A stretch of 64,000 bases of DNA, taken from positions 1,957,345-2,021,344 of the forward strand of contig MU054400.1 in assembly GCA_013239625.1 (NCBI GenBank). The letters are read 5' to 3'. The translations under genes and the position numbers were made by a program. The notes beneath the pieces are model-generated. The model did not search any database, was not told the origin of the DNA, and was given only the letters and a program-made list of their open reading frames with translations. Origin of the DNA: Lama guanicoe (Eukaryota). Below are positions 1 through 12,550 of the stretch, piece by piece (the stretch's first letter is position 1; each line of letters opens with the position of its first letter).

Positions 1-1320
1 ACATAAACCAATGCATTTATGGTCAACTAATCTACAACAAAGAAGGCAAGAATATACTGTGGAGAAAAGACAGTCTCTTCAATAAGTCGTGCTGGGAAAA
101 CTGAACAGAATGTAAAAGAATGAAATTAGAACATTCTCTAACATCATATACAAAATAAACTCAAAATGGATTAAAGACCTAAAGGTAATATTGGATACCA
201 TAAAACTTTCATAGGAAAACAGAGAACACTCTTGGACATAACTGCAGCAGTATTATTTTTTTTTTTTAGATTTGTGTCCTAAAGCAAAGGAAATTAAAGT
301 AAAAATAAACAAACAGGACCTAGTTAGATTTAAAAGCTTTTGCACTAAAGGAAACCACTGACAAAACAAAAAGACAACCTACTGAATGGGAAAAAAATAT
401 TTGCAAATGATATGACTAATAAGGGGTTAATATCCAACATATATAATCAGCTCATACAACTCAATATCAAAAAAACAAACGACCTGATTTTTTTAATGGG
501 CAGAAGAACTGAAAAGACATTTTTCCAAAGATGCAGATGGCCAACAGGCACATGAAAAGATGCTGAACATCACTAATCATCAGGCAAATCAGAACCACAA
601 TGAGTTATTACCTCACACCTGTCAGAATGGCTATTGTCAAAAAGAATATAAACAGCAGATGTTGGTGAGGATGTGGAGAAAAGGGAACCTTCCTGCACTG
701 TTGGTGGGAATGTAAACTGATGCAGCCACTGAAGAAAACAGTATGGAGGTTTCTCAAAAAACTGAAAATGGAACTACCATAGGACCCAGAAATTCCACTC
801 CTGGGTATATATCTGAAAAAAAAACAGTAATTTGAAAAGATACATGCACCTCAATATTCCTAGCAGCATTATTTGCAATAGCCAAGATAGGGAAGCAACC
901 TAAGTGTCCATCAGCAGATGAATGGATAAAGAAGATGCAGTATATATATAATGAAATACTACTCAGCCATAAAAAAGAATGAAATTTTGCCATTTGCAGC
1001 AAAATGGATGGACTTGGAGAGCCTTGTGCTAGGTGAAATACGTCAGACAGAGAAAGACAAATACTGTATGATAATCACTTACATGTGGAATCTAAAAAAT
1101 ACAAGAAACTTGTGAATACAACAGAAAAGAAGCAGATTCACAGATAAAGAGAACAAACTAGTGGTTACCAGTGGGGAGAAGGAGAGGGTAGGGGCAATAT
1201 GGGGGTAGGGGAAGGGGAGGTACAAACTACTGGATATATTGTACAACATGGGCAATACAGCCAATATTCTGTAATAACTCTAAGTGGAAAGTAACCTTTA
1301 AACTTTGTATAAACATTTTT
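1..1320 (+). mobile_element. LINE-1 3' part (decayed ORF2 C-terminus and 3' UTR)
   Basis: Typical L1 motifs such as 'aaactcaaaatggattaaagacctaaa', 'gcaacctaagtgtccatc' and 'tactactcagccataaaaaagaatgaaat'. Confidence 0.92.
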
Positions 1321-1325
1321 TTAAA

Positions 1326-1650
1326 GGTGTGGTTTATATATACAATGGAATAGTACTCAGCCATGAGAAAGAAGGAAATCCTGCCATTTGCAACAACATG
1401 GTTGGACCTTGAGGGCATTATGCTGAGTGAAACAAATCAGACAGAAAATGACAAATACTGCACCATTTCACTTGTGTGAGGAATCTGAAAAACAAAAAGC
1501 AAAAACCCGAACTCACAGATAGAGGGAACAGATCAGTGGTTGCCAGAGGCAAGGGGTGGGTGGGGTGGGGTACAAATTGGGTGAAGGGGGTTGAAAGGTA
1601 CATGCTTCCACTTATAAATAGGTCCTGGGGATGTAATGTACAGCACAATA
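1326..1650 (+). mobile_element. LINE-1 3' UTR fragment
   Basis: 'tacaatggaatagtactcagccatgagaaagaaggaaatcctgccatttgc...'. Confidence 0.85.
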
Positions 1651-2988
1651 TTAAAAGGTTTTTCTTTAATGGAATTCGTCCCCACTCCCTTCCCCTCTCC
1701 ACTTTACCCCACCTCCCTACGTTTTATCCAATATTTTACTTCTTGTTGTTTTCTGTTTTAATTTTTCAGCCTCCCCTCAGGAGAATGTAAAAGAGATGAG
1801 AGCAGAAATTTCTATGTGTTTTTTTCTCTAGTTGTACCCCTAGCATCTCAAACACCTCCTAACACAGAGTTAAAGTCTATAAATACGTGTGAAATCAATG
1901 AAAAAATCAAACTCAAAAAAAAGAAAAAATCAAACAATATGACAGGTACTACCCTGACCATTTTTATCATCTTTAGCTCATTTACATTCTTTGCCTCATT
2001 TAGAGGATTTTCTTTCCCCCAGTGTGGGTAGGTCTAAGTTAAAATGAGATCTTTGGCAGGCTTCATTTCTTTCAAAAGTTCAACAAATTAGGGGCAACAG
2101 CAGCAGCCATGGCAGGAAAAGATCCAATATTAGCAACTGACCCTTAAGAAGCAGGATGAGAAGGAAGAAGGGGTAGTGTTACTAGGTTTGTTCACTTTAA
2201 GCCAAAATAAATTGCAAGGCTGAAGAGCTGCTGTCAGTAAGTAACCACTCCTGGCGAGCAGTTTATTTGATTGTTGGGTCACATGGTCCTCATCCTGGGA
2301 AAAGCAGGGAGCTTGACGGAGGCAGAAATAGTTTGAATTCTTGGCATGCTGCCAGAGTCATTTTCCAGGCCCCCAGTAAAGCTTCATTCTTCTCCCACAG
2401 CTAAATAGCCCCAAAATGGTATCTCTTGGTATTCCTCCTTACAATTGCACATGAATCTACCACTCTCTCAGGATAAAGAATTTAATTTAACAACAACAAA
2501 AATTTCCAAGGATTTGGCTCTGCTTACCCATGCATTCTCGAGGATACAGAAAAGCTAAAAAAACACACACTTGCTTCTGTGCTAGGGCTTGATATGTAGA
2601 GTCTTCATAAAAACACCTGTGACCTTAGAAACTTTCATAACTTAGGTGTAGCTATGACATGACAACATCTGTAATTGAATTTTAAAGGCAAATTGTTTTT
2701 AATCTCTATGTTTCTTGTAGTTCATGTGATAATTAAGAATGGCCTGTAAAGCAGAAGGCCAACTCTGAGGGCAGCTAACAGAGGGCAGGCCTGGGCAGTG
2801 GTCCAGTCATGGTCCCCACCTTCCCCAGCCCTACAGACAGAAAAGGCTCAAGGATGAAGGATGCCCCACCGACATGAGGTTGTTGCCTGAGGAGAGGAGG
2901 GCTCCAGAGACTCGCATCCTCCTCGCCTGTTGCATTGTTAACCCCAGCAGAACATCCAGCTGCCTAAATTAAAAATTTGTTGTCAAGA

Positions 2989-3535
2989 CATGGGAACAAC
3001 TTAAGTGCCCATCAACAGATGACTGGACTAAGATGTGATAGATACATATAATGGAATATTACTCAGCCATAAAAAAGAATAAAACAATGCCATGTGCAGC
3101 AACAGGAATGGACCTAGAAAATATCAAAGTGAAGTAAGTCAAGTAGAGAAAGACAAATACTATATGTTCTCACTTATATGTGAAATCTAAAGAATAATAC
3201 AAATGAATCTAAATACAAAACAGAAACAGGCTCACAGACACAGAAAACAAACTTATGGTTGCCAAAGAAGAAAGGGAGAGGGGGATGGATAAATTAGGGG
3301 TATGGGACTAACAGATTAACAAATGACTATACATAAATTAGATAACCAAAAAGGATTTACTGTATATAGCATGGGGAACTATATTCAACATCTCATAATA
3401 ACTTATAATGAAAATTAATGAAAAGAAAGAAATGAAAAGAAAATTATAATGAAAATACATATATAACTGAATCACTTTGCTATACATTTGAAACTAACAC
3501 AATATTGTAAATCAACTACACTTCAATAAAAAAAT
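2989..3535 (+). mobile_element. LINE-1 3' end, apparently a younger lineage-specific family
   Basis: L1 3' UTR ending 'tcaactacacttcaataaaaaa'; closely similar to 57595-58110. Confidence 0.9.
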
Positions 3536-3539
3536 TTAA

Positions 3540-4068
3540 ATACAACTATCATAAGATCCAACAATCCTACTTCTGGGTATATATCTAAGGGGACATGAAA
3601 GCAGGATATTGAAGAGATAAACTACACTCCCAGGTTTTCACTGCAGCATCATTCACAACAGCCAAGATACGGAAACAACCTAAGTGTCCATCAACGAATA
3701 AACTGATACACATAACAATGGAATATTATTCAGCCATGAGAAAGAAGGAAGTCCTGCCATTTGTGACAACATGGATGAAACCTGAAGGCATTATACTTAG
3801 TGAAATAAGCCAGGCAGAGAAAGACAAATACTGCATGGTGTCACTTATATGTGGAATCAGGGGGACAAGTTAAACTCAAAGAAACAGAGTCAAAAAGTGG
3901 TCACCAGGGGCTGAGGAAAATAGGGAGAGGTCAGTAAAAGGGTACAAACCTTCAGCTATAAGATGAATAAGGTCTGAGAATCTAATGTAAAACAGTGACT
4001 GCAGTCAATAACACTGTATTATATAATTGAAATTTTCTAAGAGAGTAGAACTTAACTGTTCTCACCAA
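3540..4068 (+). mobile_element. LINE-1 3' fragment (older L1MA-like)
   Basis: 'gatccaacaatcctacttctgggtatata...ctaagagagtagaacttaactgttctcacca'. Confidence 0.88.
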
Positions 4069-4169
4069 TTTTTTTTTCTTTTTCTTTTTCTTTTCTTGGT
4101 GCATGGGCCGGGAACCAATTTTGTTTAATGTGTAAAAAAAAAAATTATTGTCAAGATGCAGCAGAAGCC

Positions 4170-5575
4170 ACCAGGGAAATAAAAACCCAAGCCACAGTGA
4201 AAATCCATTTCTCTACTTCACACCCACTAGGATGGCTACAGTCAAAAAATCAGACGATAAGGTTGTTGGTGAAAATGTGGAGAAATTGGAACCCTCATAC
4301 ACTGCAGGCAGGAATGTAAAATAGTTCAGTCACGGTGGCTAACAGTCTATCAGTTCCTCAAAACTTAAAGTTACCACATGTCCACACAAAAACACGTACA
4401 CAAACATTCATAGTATCGCCGAGCAGAACTCTATGGGGCCTCCCGGGAACAGATCTCCCCACAGCACGTCCTCGGCCTGCTTCTTGTCTGTAGAAAACCT
4501 TTAGTCTCCTAGGCTTCCCTGAGTTCCAAAGGGGACATTTAATCAGAGAAGTGAGAAAATGCAGAAAGAAAGGAAAACAGTCAAGCAAGTCAAAATACTA
4601 ATAGTTTAGCTATTAAACAAAGTCAAGGACATTTAGCTCCTCCTCAAGGGCTGTAGATAATATTCTGAGCCCTGGCCTTTGAGCTGTTTTGCAGATACTG
4701 AAAGCCCCACCAGGCGGAGGACGTTAACTGTGTGCTGCCCACAATCATGCAGACTCCAGACTGATGGGAACCAGAAGGTTGATAGTGTTGGCACGCGATG
4801 ACCTCACCACCAGCCAATCAGAAGAATGTCCATGAGCTGATCACACAGCCCACAACCTCCCTCCCTCATCCTGGCTTTAAAAACCTTTCCCTGAAAGCCT
4901 TAGGGGAGGTCAGATCTTTTAGGCACTAGCTGCCTGGACTCCTTGCTTGGTGCCCGGCAGTAAACACTGTACTTTCCTTCACCACAACCCAGTGCCAATA
5001 GATTGGCTTTACTGCGCACGGGCAAGCAGACCCAAGTTTGGTTCACTAACAATAGCAGCATTATTCATAATAACCAAAAAGGGGACACAACTCAAAATCC
5101 ATCAACCAATGAATGGTTAAACAAATACACAGTATTATTTAGCAACAGAAAGAAATGAAGTACTGATCACATCCTGATACAAGTATGAATGAAGTACTGA
5201 TACAACAAGAATGGACCCAGGAAACATTATGTTAATTGAAAGATGTCAGTCACAATGACTATATATCTTATGAGTCCATGTATATGAATTGTCCAGAATA
5301 GGCAAATCTATAGACATAAAAAGTAGATGAGTGGTTGCCTAAGGCCGGGGGAACGCAAGGGTTGGGGGAGGTGAGCACTGAGTGATCTGGCCTTCCTTTC
5401 AAGGGGGGTGGAATGCTCTAGAGTTGACTGTGGAGATGGTTGCACAACCTGTGAATATACTCAGAACCACTGGATTATATGCTTTAAATGGGTGCATCGT
5501 ATGCTATGTATTATAGTATTATATTACGATATAGTTTTATGTTATAGTATTATATTCCAATAACACTTTTAAAAA
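4170..5575 (+). mobile_element. Old LINE-1 (L1MB-like) 3' region, interrupted by an LTR
   Basis: L1 motifs on both sides of the LTR rejoin as 'acattcatag|cagcattattcataat'. Confidence 0.85.
4414..5051 (+). mobile_element. ERV1-type solo LTR (638 bp) with 4-bp TSD
   Basis: ATAG at 4410-4413 and 5052-5055; ends ...TAACA; internal CCAAT (agccaatcag), TATA-like 'ctttaaaaa' and AGTAAA poly(A)-like signal in LTR order. Confidence 0.88.
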
Positions 5576-5941
5576 AAAGATATCCCCAGTACCTCCATTA
5601 AATAAACAAACAAACAAACCTAATTACTTCTCCCCCACAAAAAAAAACAAAAAAATAAAAAAAAAAAAAGATGCACTTGGTCCCTCCTACAAGTTTTTCC
5701 CTTGCCAGGTTAACTCACTAGGATACACCTGGGGGTGGGCCTGGATTCTTCTGGGTTCTCCTCCTTTCTTACTTAGTGACTTACTTAGGAAATGACTGAT
5801 AACTGAATATGAGGCGTTTTCCAACATAGAACGTGCTGTATAAATTCACAATAGCTCAGGTGCTCCGCGAATAGCACAGCAGCCCAGGAGGAGGGGAGGC
5901 AGTGAGGCCAGGGGAGGCCCAGAGAAGGAGGGAGTTTGCCA

Positions 5942-5955
5942 CGACAAGGGGGCAC
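5942..5955 (+). promoter_or_regulatory. Possible CTCF site
   Basis: CGACAAGGGGGCAC, 12/14 match to CCASYAGRKGGCRS, in apparently unique sequence. Confidence 0.4.
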
Positions 5956-6509
5956 ATTAGGTCTCTTATTTCTCTCTGCTTAAGCTCTCCCGGTAGGAGA
6001 GTGGATCTCTGCACATCCAGAACAGTGAAAATGGCTCTCAGGTATTTCACAAAATATGATACAATAAAAATAAAGACTCACACAGCACAGCGGGGCCACT
6101 GGGAGAGCCAGGAAGGAGAACCAAGAAAGAAGGCGAAACGCAAGTCTGGGGACTGAAGGTTTGTCCTTTCCTCCCCGTTCATTAAGCCCAAAATAAACAA
6201 ATAACTGCCAAATCTCTTGGCTTTAATTTCATGCACAATTTTCAGTTAGAGTTCAATGCCAGGAAGCGATTCTGCCTCAGCATCTAAATAATTCACAACT
6301 GCTCAAAATATCTACCAGGAACTCGCATCAGGGATAAACCCACCCCGCAGTGCGGCCGTATGAGCGTCTCCGTATAAATTCCCGAGCTGCTGCCTGGTCC
6401 GCCACCAGCCGTCACTCACCTGGAGGGCGGAAACCTGCTCCTTCGGTTCGGCCCCTTTCTGAAGGGGCTGCTCACAGCTGACATCTCTAGGGATCACACC
6501 TTAATTCCC

Positions 6510-6745
6510 TGAACTTCGTGGTCTTGGACAGACCAAGGTTCAAATCTGAGCCCACTGCTTACTGGCTGTGTGTCTGGGACAGGATCCATCTCTTGGCCCA
6601 TTTCCCTCACCTATAAAATAGGGATATTAACTCCCACTTCATAGGGCTGCTTCTGAGGATTAAATGAGATGAAGGGTGCTTAGCACAGGAGTGGGTACAT
6701 GGTCCACAAATAGTAGTGATCACCGTGGCTACTGTCACAATTATT
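6510..6745 (+). mobile_element. MIR SINE
   Basis: 'ggttcaaatc...cttactggctgtgtg...tttccctcacctataaaatagggata...gaggattaaatgagat'. Confidence 0.8.
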
Positions 6746-8104
6746 TGGTAAAGTGTATCCCTTCTGTATTCTTTCAGCTAACCAATATTTGCACTGAGCG
6801 CCTACAGTGTCCCAAGCACTGGGGATGTTCTGGACACCAGATGCAGCAGCATCCCTGCCCTCACGGAGCTGCCAGTCTAGTGAGGAAGACACACAGCAAA
6901 CAGGCACCAAAAGGACTGAACAAGTTAATAAACAGCCATAAGTGCCATGAGAAAAGTGACAAGGAGCCATGTGATTGGGAGTGTCATTTCAGAGGGAAGA
7001 GTCAGAGAGTGTATGTGATGGCCCATTAAAATTCTGTCGGTTTAGTAAATGCTTCCTGGCTGATAAACTGTGATTGAAAAATCTTTCTAAGCCCTCTTGC
7101 AAAAATACGCACGGGGACTAACATGGTTGCAGATGCACCCAATACCCCGGCTGCAAGGCACCCTCACACGCTACCTGAGCAAACATCCGGGACTTCCCTT
7201 TCTGTTCTCCTACACCCTGAAAGCCCATCGCCCTTTCGTCTTCCCCCTCCCTGTCTGGGGTCCTCTGGGATCTAAGCAAGTCACTATGCCCTGGAAGGAA
7301 TCTCACGTGCCAAATGTCTTTCAGCATCTCTGACTATTTTCCACACATCACTGAGGGAGTGGAATTTTAAACAGGGACCTTAGGAGGAAAGGTCCTCTCT
7401 GAAGACATCTTAAGTCTGCAAGACAACGAGGTGAGCAGAGAAAAGAGGGGAAGAGCACGGAGGGGTTCTTCACTGATTCCAGTCATGCTGCAAAGGAGGA
7501 AAATTAAATGACACGACAGAAGAAGGAGTGAGGACACTCCCCCAAAACCAGGATGTGACTCTGAATCATCCAGCACAACTACAAGCCCCCACAGAGAATA
7601 AAGGAGCTGAGAGAAGCCTAAAGTGGACTCCAAAACTTCTAGGAGGATTCAGAGCCTGAGACAAAAACCCAATGTATCTTATCTCTAGTTCTAGAAGTGT
7701 TAGCCAAGCCAGCCCTATAAAACGATTTTCCATGTCACTTGGCCTATACAAACTACAATCCAGTAGAGTTATTAGTCCCTAATAAAAGAAGATCATTAGT
7801 GTTTTCTGAAAGGAAACAGAAAATTCTGGGAAGATGCACCAAAAAAAAACAAATAAAAACAAACAAACAAACAAAAAACTGTGGAGAGTGATGACCTCTG
7901 AGGAATACATCTGGGATCTAGGGTAAGAGAAACTTTTATTTTTCATTGAAAAACCTTTTGGATTGTATGAACTTTTACTACTGCTCCATAGTAATTATTA
8001 AAGAGAAAAGATACTGTTTCCAAAATAAATGATGGAGGAAAATAACTGATTTGAGAGGTGCTATTTATTAATGATTACAAATTTTAATTTCTTTTGTCTA
8101 AATC

Positions 8105-8675
8105 ACTAGATGACTCAAATGAGATTCATCCCAGGTATGCAAGGCAGGATCAACATTCAAAAGTCAATTCATGTAATCCATCACAACAAACTAAAAATGA
8201 AAAATCACATGATCATACCAATAAATGCAAAAAGAGCATTTGACCAAATCCAGTACCCATTCATGCTGAAAACTCTCAGTAAACTAGAGGGGAACTTTCT
8301 CAACTTAATAAAAAATATTTACAAAAAAACCCCTACAGCTCATATCATACTCAGTGGTGAGAAACTCAAAGTTTTCCCACTAAGATCAAGGTAAGGATGC
8401 CCCCCTCTCACCATTCTTTTTCAACATCGTATTGGAAGTTCTTGCTAATGCAATAAGGCAAGAAAAGGAAATAAAAGTACACAGGTTGGGAAGGAAGGAA
8501 TAGAACTGTCTTTGTTTGCAGATGACATGATCATTTATGTAGGAAATCTGAAAGAATCGGAAAAAAAAAAAAACTCCTGCACTAATAAGTGGTTATAGCA
8601 AAGGCTGCAGGATACAAGGTTAATATACAAAATCAATTTCCTTCCTACATACCAGCAATGGACAGTTGAATTTGA
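8105..8675 (+). mobile_element. LINE-1 ORF2 reverse-transcriptase fragment
   Basis: Translation [20 protein letters not shown]...[14 protein letters not shown]; 'tttgcagatgacatg' encodes FADDM. Confidence 0.93.
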
Positions 8676-9127
8676 ACTGTAATCACAGGATGTCACTTAT
8701 TTCTAGGTACAAAAGAAAACTACAGCAACGTTAACCAAGCTCACATAAACAGTGCCTTATCATGAAGTTGAAAGAACTATGAAAATGGAAGTCTTGTTGC
8801 CTGGGTCCCAGTCCTCTCTGTCACTCATCAGGCTAAGTGAGTCCCTTCTCTTGTCTGGACTTCAGATGCTCCCTGAGAAAGATGAAGGCATTGGACTCAA
8901 AATCTAAAATCTTTTCCAACTTTCTAAGTCCTCTCTGAGGATAAAGGCACATGTTTCTTCTCCAAAATGTCTTCTATTTTTAAAATTACAACAGTAACAC
9001 GTGCTTACCCAAAGTTCAAGTGATACAAATGTATGCAGAGAAAAGCAGGAACGTTTTCCTGTGCTGCTCCCCACCCTGACTCTCAGTTCCTCTCTCCTTC
9101 CAGATTTAACCACTATTAAGAGGCTGA

Positions 9128-9345
9128 CCCTGTGCTACCCAGTATGATAGCCTCTGGCACATGTAGCTATTTAAATTTAGATTGTAATGAACTAAATTTA
9201 AAATAACATTGACAATTCAGTTCCTCATTGACACTTGTCACATTTTAAGTGCTCAACAGCCACATGAGGCTAGTGGTTACCAAACTGGACAGCACAGATA
9301 CAGAACAGCTCCATCATCACAAAGGCTCTATTAGATAGTGCTGAT
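9128..9345. mobile_element. MER3/MER33-like hAT-Charlie MITE
   Basis: 'cacatgtagctatttaaattta...gtgctcaacagccacatgaggctagtggttacc...ggacagcacag'. Confidence 0.75.
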
Positions 9346-12300
9346 CTAAAGTTCAGAGATGACCTTTTTCAATTCTTCTCACCTCTGATCAACAGTTATT
9401 TCCGGAAGCCCCCACCACTACTTCCATCAGGCCCTCTCTGGCTGGGCTTAGGGCTACCCTAACCGGTTAAAGAGATGAGTCACATTGGAAAAGTCTGTCA
9501 ATTTCCTGAAGGACACAGGTCATGGAACCACAGCCACCCCGACAGCATATAAAAGTTTAAAACCTTAACTAAAATCTTGAAAACTCCAGTGCTCCTCAGG
9601 GTGGTACTTTTCAAAACACACTAAAGCATTCAAAGACTGAGATAAAACACCCAATGCATCTTACCTCTTGCCCTGTAAGTGCAGCCAAGCTGACCCTGCA
9701 AAACAATTCTTCAGGTCATTGAACCATATAGACCATGCCTCAGTGGGGTTGTCCTAATTATTCCCTAGTAAACAGCAGCCAATATTGTTTTCTAGACTCC
9801 AGCTGTCCACTCCATTGTCTGCACAGTCTGAGTAGATAATTGCCAACACCCCACTGCAGGTTATGGACCTCTCTGTCGACACAGAAAATCAATGCCTTTC
9901 TTTTAATTCCTCGCAGACACCATGCCTTTGCCTATGCTAAACCCTCTGCCAAAGGTCCTTCTTTTCCTCACTATACCCCTTCTCAACACCCTCCCCCAAT
10001 TTAGGGGCCAAACAATGCCTACTTTTTCTTTAAAACTCATCTGAGACATCATCTCCTTCAGGAAATCTTCCCTGTCATTTCCAGGTTGGATTAGGAGCCC
10101 CAGTGGCTGCTGCAGAATTTCCATATTCGAGACACTTTGAGGGTGAAAATCTGGTAGGAAGCAAGGAAGGGGTGTGTGTGACTTCTCTTGAAATCATATT
10201 TTATAGCAAGGTACAATTTTGGCTGAGATATTTGCAAGAAGAAGAGAAAAGTTCTTAAAGATGCTTTTATTCACACTTAAATGGGAATGAGAAAGTATCA
10301 GTGGTCCATTTCAAAGAATATCCTTCTAAGGAGCAGTGACTTAGGAACAGAGTAACAAGAGATTATAGGAGGGTTACACCTTCCCCTAAGCCGTACCATG
10401 GCTCCTCCACATGCTCCAATTATGTCCTAGTGCTCTTCTATTGCAGTAGTACCACCTTGAAGCTGCTCATGTGTCTGTCTTCTCTACTAGACTGGAAAGG
10501 ACCATTTTCTTACTTATCTTTTTATCTCTGATATTCAGACCAGTCCTTAGCAGAGGTGCTCGGTCACTGTCTGTTGGATGAATGAATGGACAGGTGGGTG
10601 GATGAGTTGACAGATGAATGATGGATGGGTGGATAGATGGATGGGTGTATGGAAAGAATGGCAGGGAACAGTCTCAATCTTAAATCTTGCCTTCAGAATA
10701 AAATCTCCTCCTAAAGGGTAAAGATCTTGAATCTCAAAGTCAGTGGCATGTTCTCTCTCTCTCTCCATTCTCAGTAACATCAAGAAAATATTTCATATTT
10801 AACAACTGCTCAGTACATTGACGGGAAAAGGCTGGTATTTCCCACCCAGTGAGTGTACTAAAGAAAGACTAGGGGAAAGAAATCTTTAACAATAAATATT
10901 AGATTAGAGCAATAAAAGTCTCCCTTTCTCTAATGGAGGTACAATTTGGAGATAAACTTAAACCACCTTCCTCTCTGTGGCATTAGATTAAAATCTGCTT
11001 TGTTCTTCTAATTTGCTATTCTCAAATTACCACATGGCTGCTGGCGCTGCAAACTCAGACTTCACGGCTGCCCTTGAATTACTGTACAACTTTTCCTCCT
11101 TTTTTCTCTTTTAATCAGCACTGAACCAAGAAGGTGCCATCTACACCTGGTGGAGAAACGACGTCTCCAAACGTGGAGACAAAAGGTGTCATTCAAGGTG
11201 CTTCCCCCCACCCCCACCCCCCGCCATGGTCCTTCAGCAGAAATACATCTCCCTTGAGGTTTGGGAACACAGGAGGTGAAGTTATCCTTGACAAGGCTCC
11301 AGGTGGCATGAAGTGTTTTTTCCACCCCTGACTCCAGAGATTTTATTATTACTCTTCTACCTCAGCCTTCAAAACAAAGAGAGCCTGACAAGGATGTAGC
11401 TAGTGCCTAACCAAAACCAAAACAAAAACCAAAACCTTATTTTCATATTTTTCTGGAGGTCTTCTAAGTACCATGGTCCAGGATTGTTAAGAATTTGACT
11501 TCCAGAGCCAATCTCAAAACAACAAGGTAAATAACCACAGAGGATCAATTGAAAATTCTATAATGTCAACTTTCTTCTTTTTTTCTTTGTTAATTTCTTG
11601 AAAGTTACTTTGAAATTTTGAACTATAAGCAATGTATGTACCATGACAAACATGTAAGGGAAAGGGAGGATATCTTTCAATTTTCTAGTAATGTTAGATG
11701 CCAAAACATTCATAAATATCTGATAAATTAATAGCAATTTTTATTTTCACATGGCTTATTTTATTGACCTACATGTTGACTAGAAGAAAGTACAGAAGAA
11801 CTAAAACTGTATCCTTAGATAACAGTTCTAAGACATCAGTACAATATCTTTACCCAGAAATGTGGTCAGTGTGAGATTTTTTTCCCTTGTGCTAGTAAGC
11901 GTTGTCAGTGAAAAAGAATTATATCATTTAGACTACCAAGGAAGATTCAAAAACAAAACAGTGGCAGTATTTACTGTAGGAGGAGCAAGTCTATAACCCA
12001 AGACACCATACCCCATCCTGATTTTGCTATAGGTAGGCAACTTAAGGCAAATCACATAGCATCCCTGGTTCTCAATTTAATCAACTAGCTAATACACATT
12101 ATGAACATACTACTCAAGGATATTAAGAGGCATATGAGCAGAGAGAAAGGATGATGCTAAACAAAGAACCAATAAATTCCCACCACCATTAACACTATAG
12201 ACAACACCTACAGATCACAAGGACTAACATTATTTTCAGAACAACAGGCAGTAATGTGTGTATAGACCAGCCAAAAACTAACATCAGCTAGTTACATCAA

Positions 12301-12373
12301 GGAAGAATTATCAGCCAACTTATTGATTAGGCCTTTGTCCTCTCTTCAATTAATAAGGCTAATTAGTTATTGA

Positions 12374-12550
12374 TTTTTTTTTTTAAATTTTATTTTTTAT
12401 TGAAGTGTAGCTGATTTACAATGTTAGTTTCAGGAGTACAGCAAAGTGATTCAGTCATGCTATACATATGTATATTTTTTTTCAGATTCTTTTCCACTGT
12501 ACGTTATTATAAGAAATTGAATTTAAGTTCCCTGTGCTATACCATAAGTC
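12374..12550 (-). mobile_element. Short LINE-1 3' tail
   Basis: T-rich run followed by 'ttattgaagtgtagctgatttacaatgttagtttcagg...ccctgtgctatac'. Confidence 0.85.

Noticed and set aside
5153..5205. Short tandem duplication of aatgaagtactgat
   Set aside because: Local slippage inside a dead L1; no functional implication
11163..11180. Stem-loop gtctcca-aacg-tggagac
   Set aside because: A 7-bp stem is expected by chance in 64 kb
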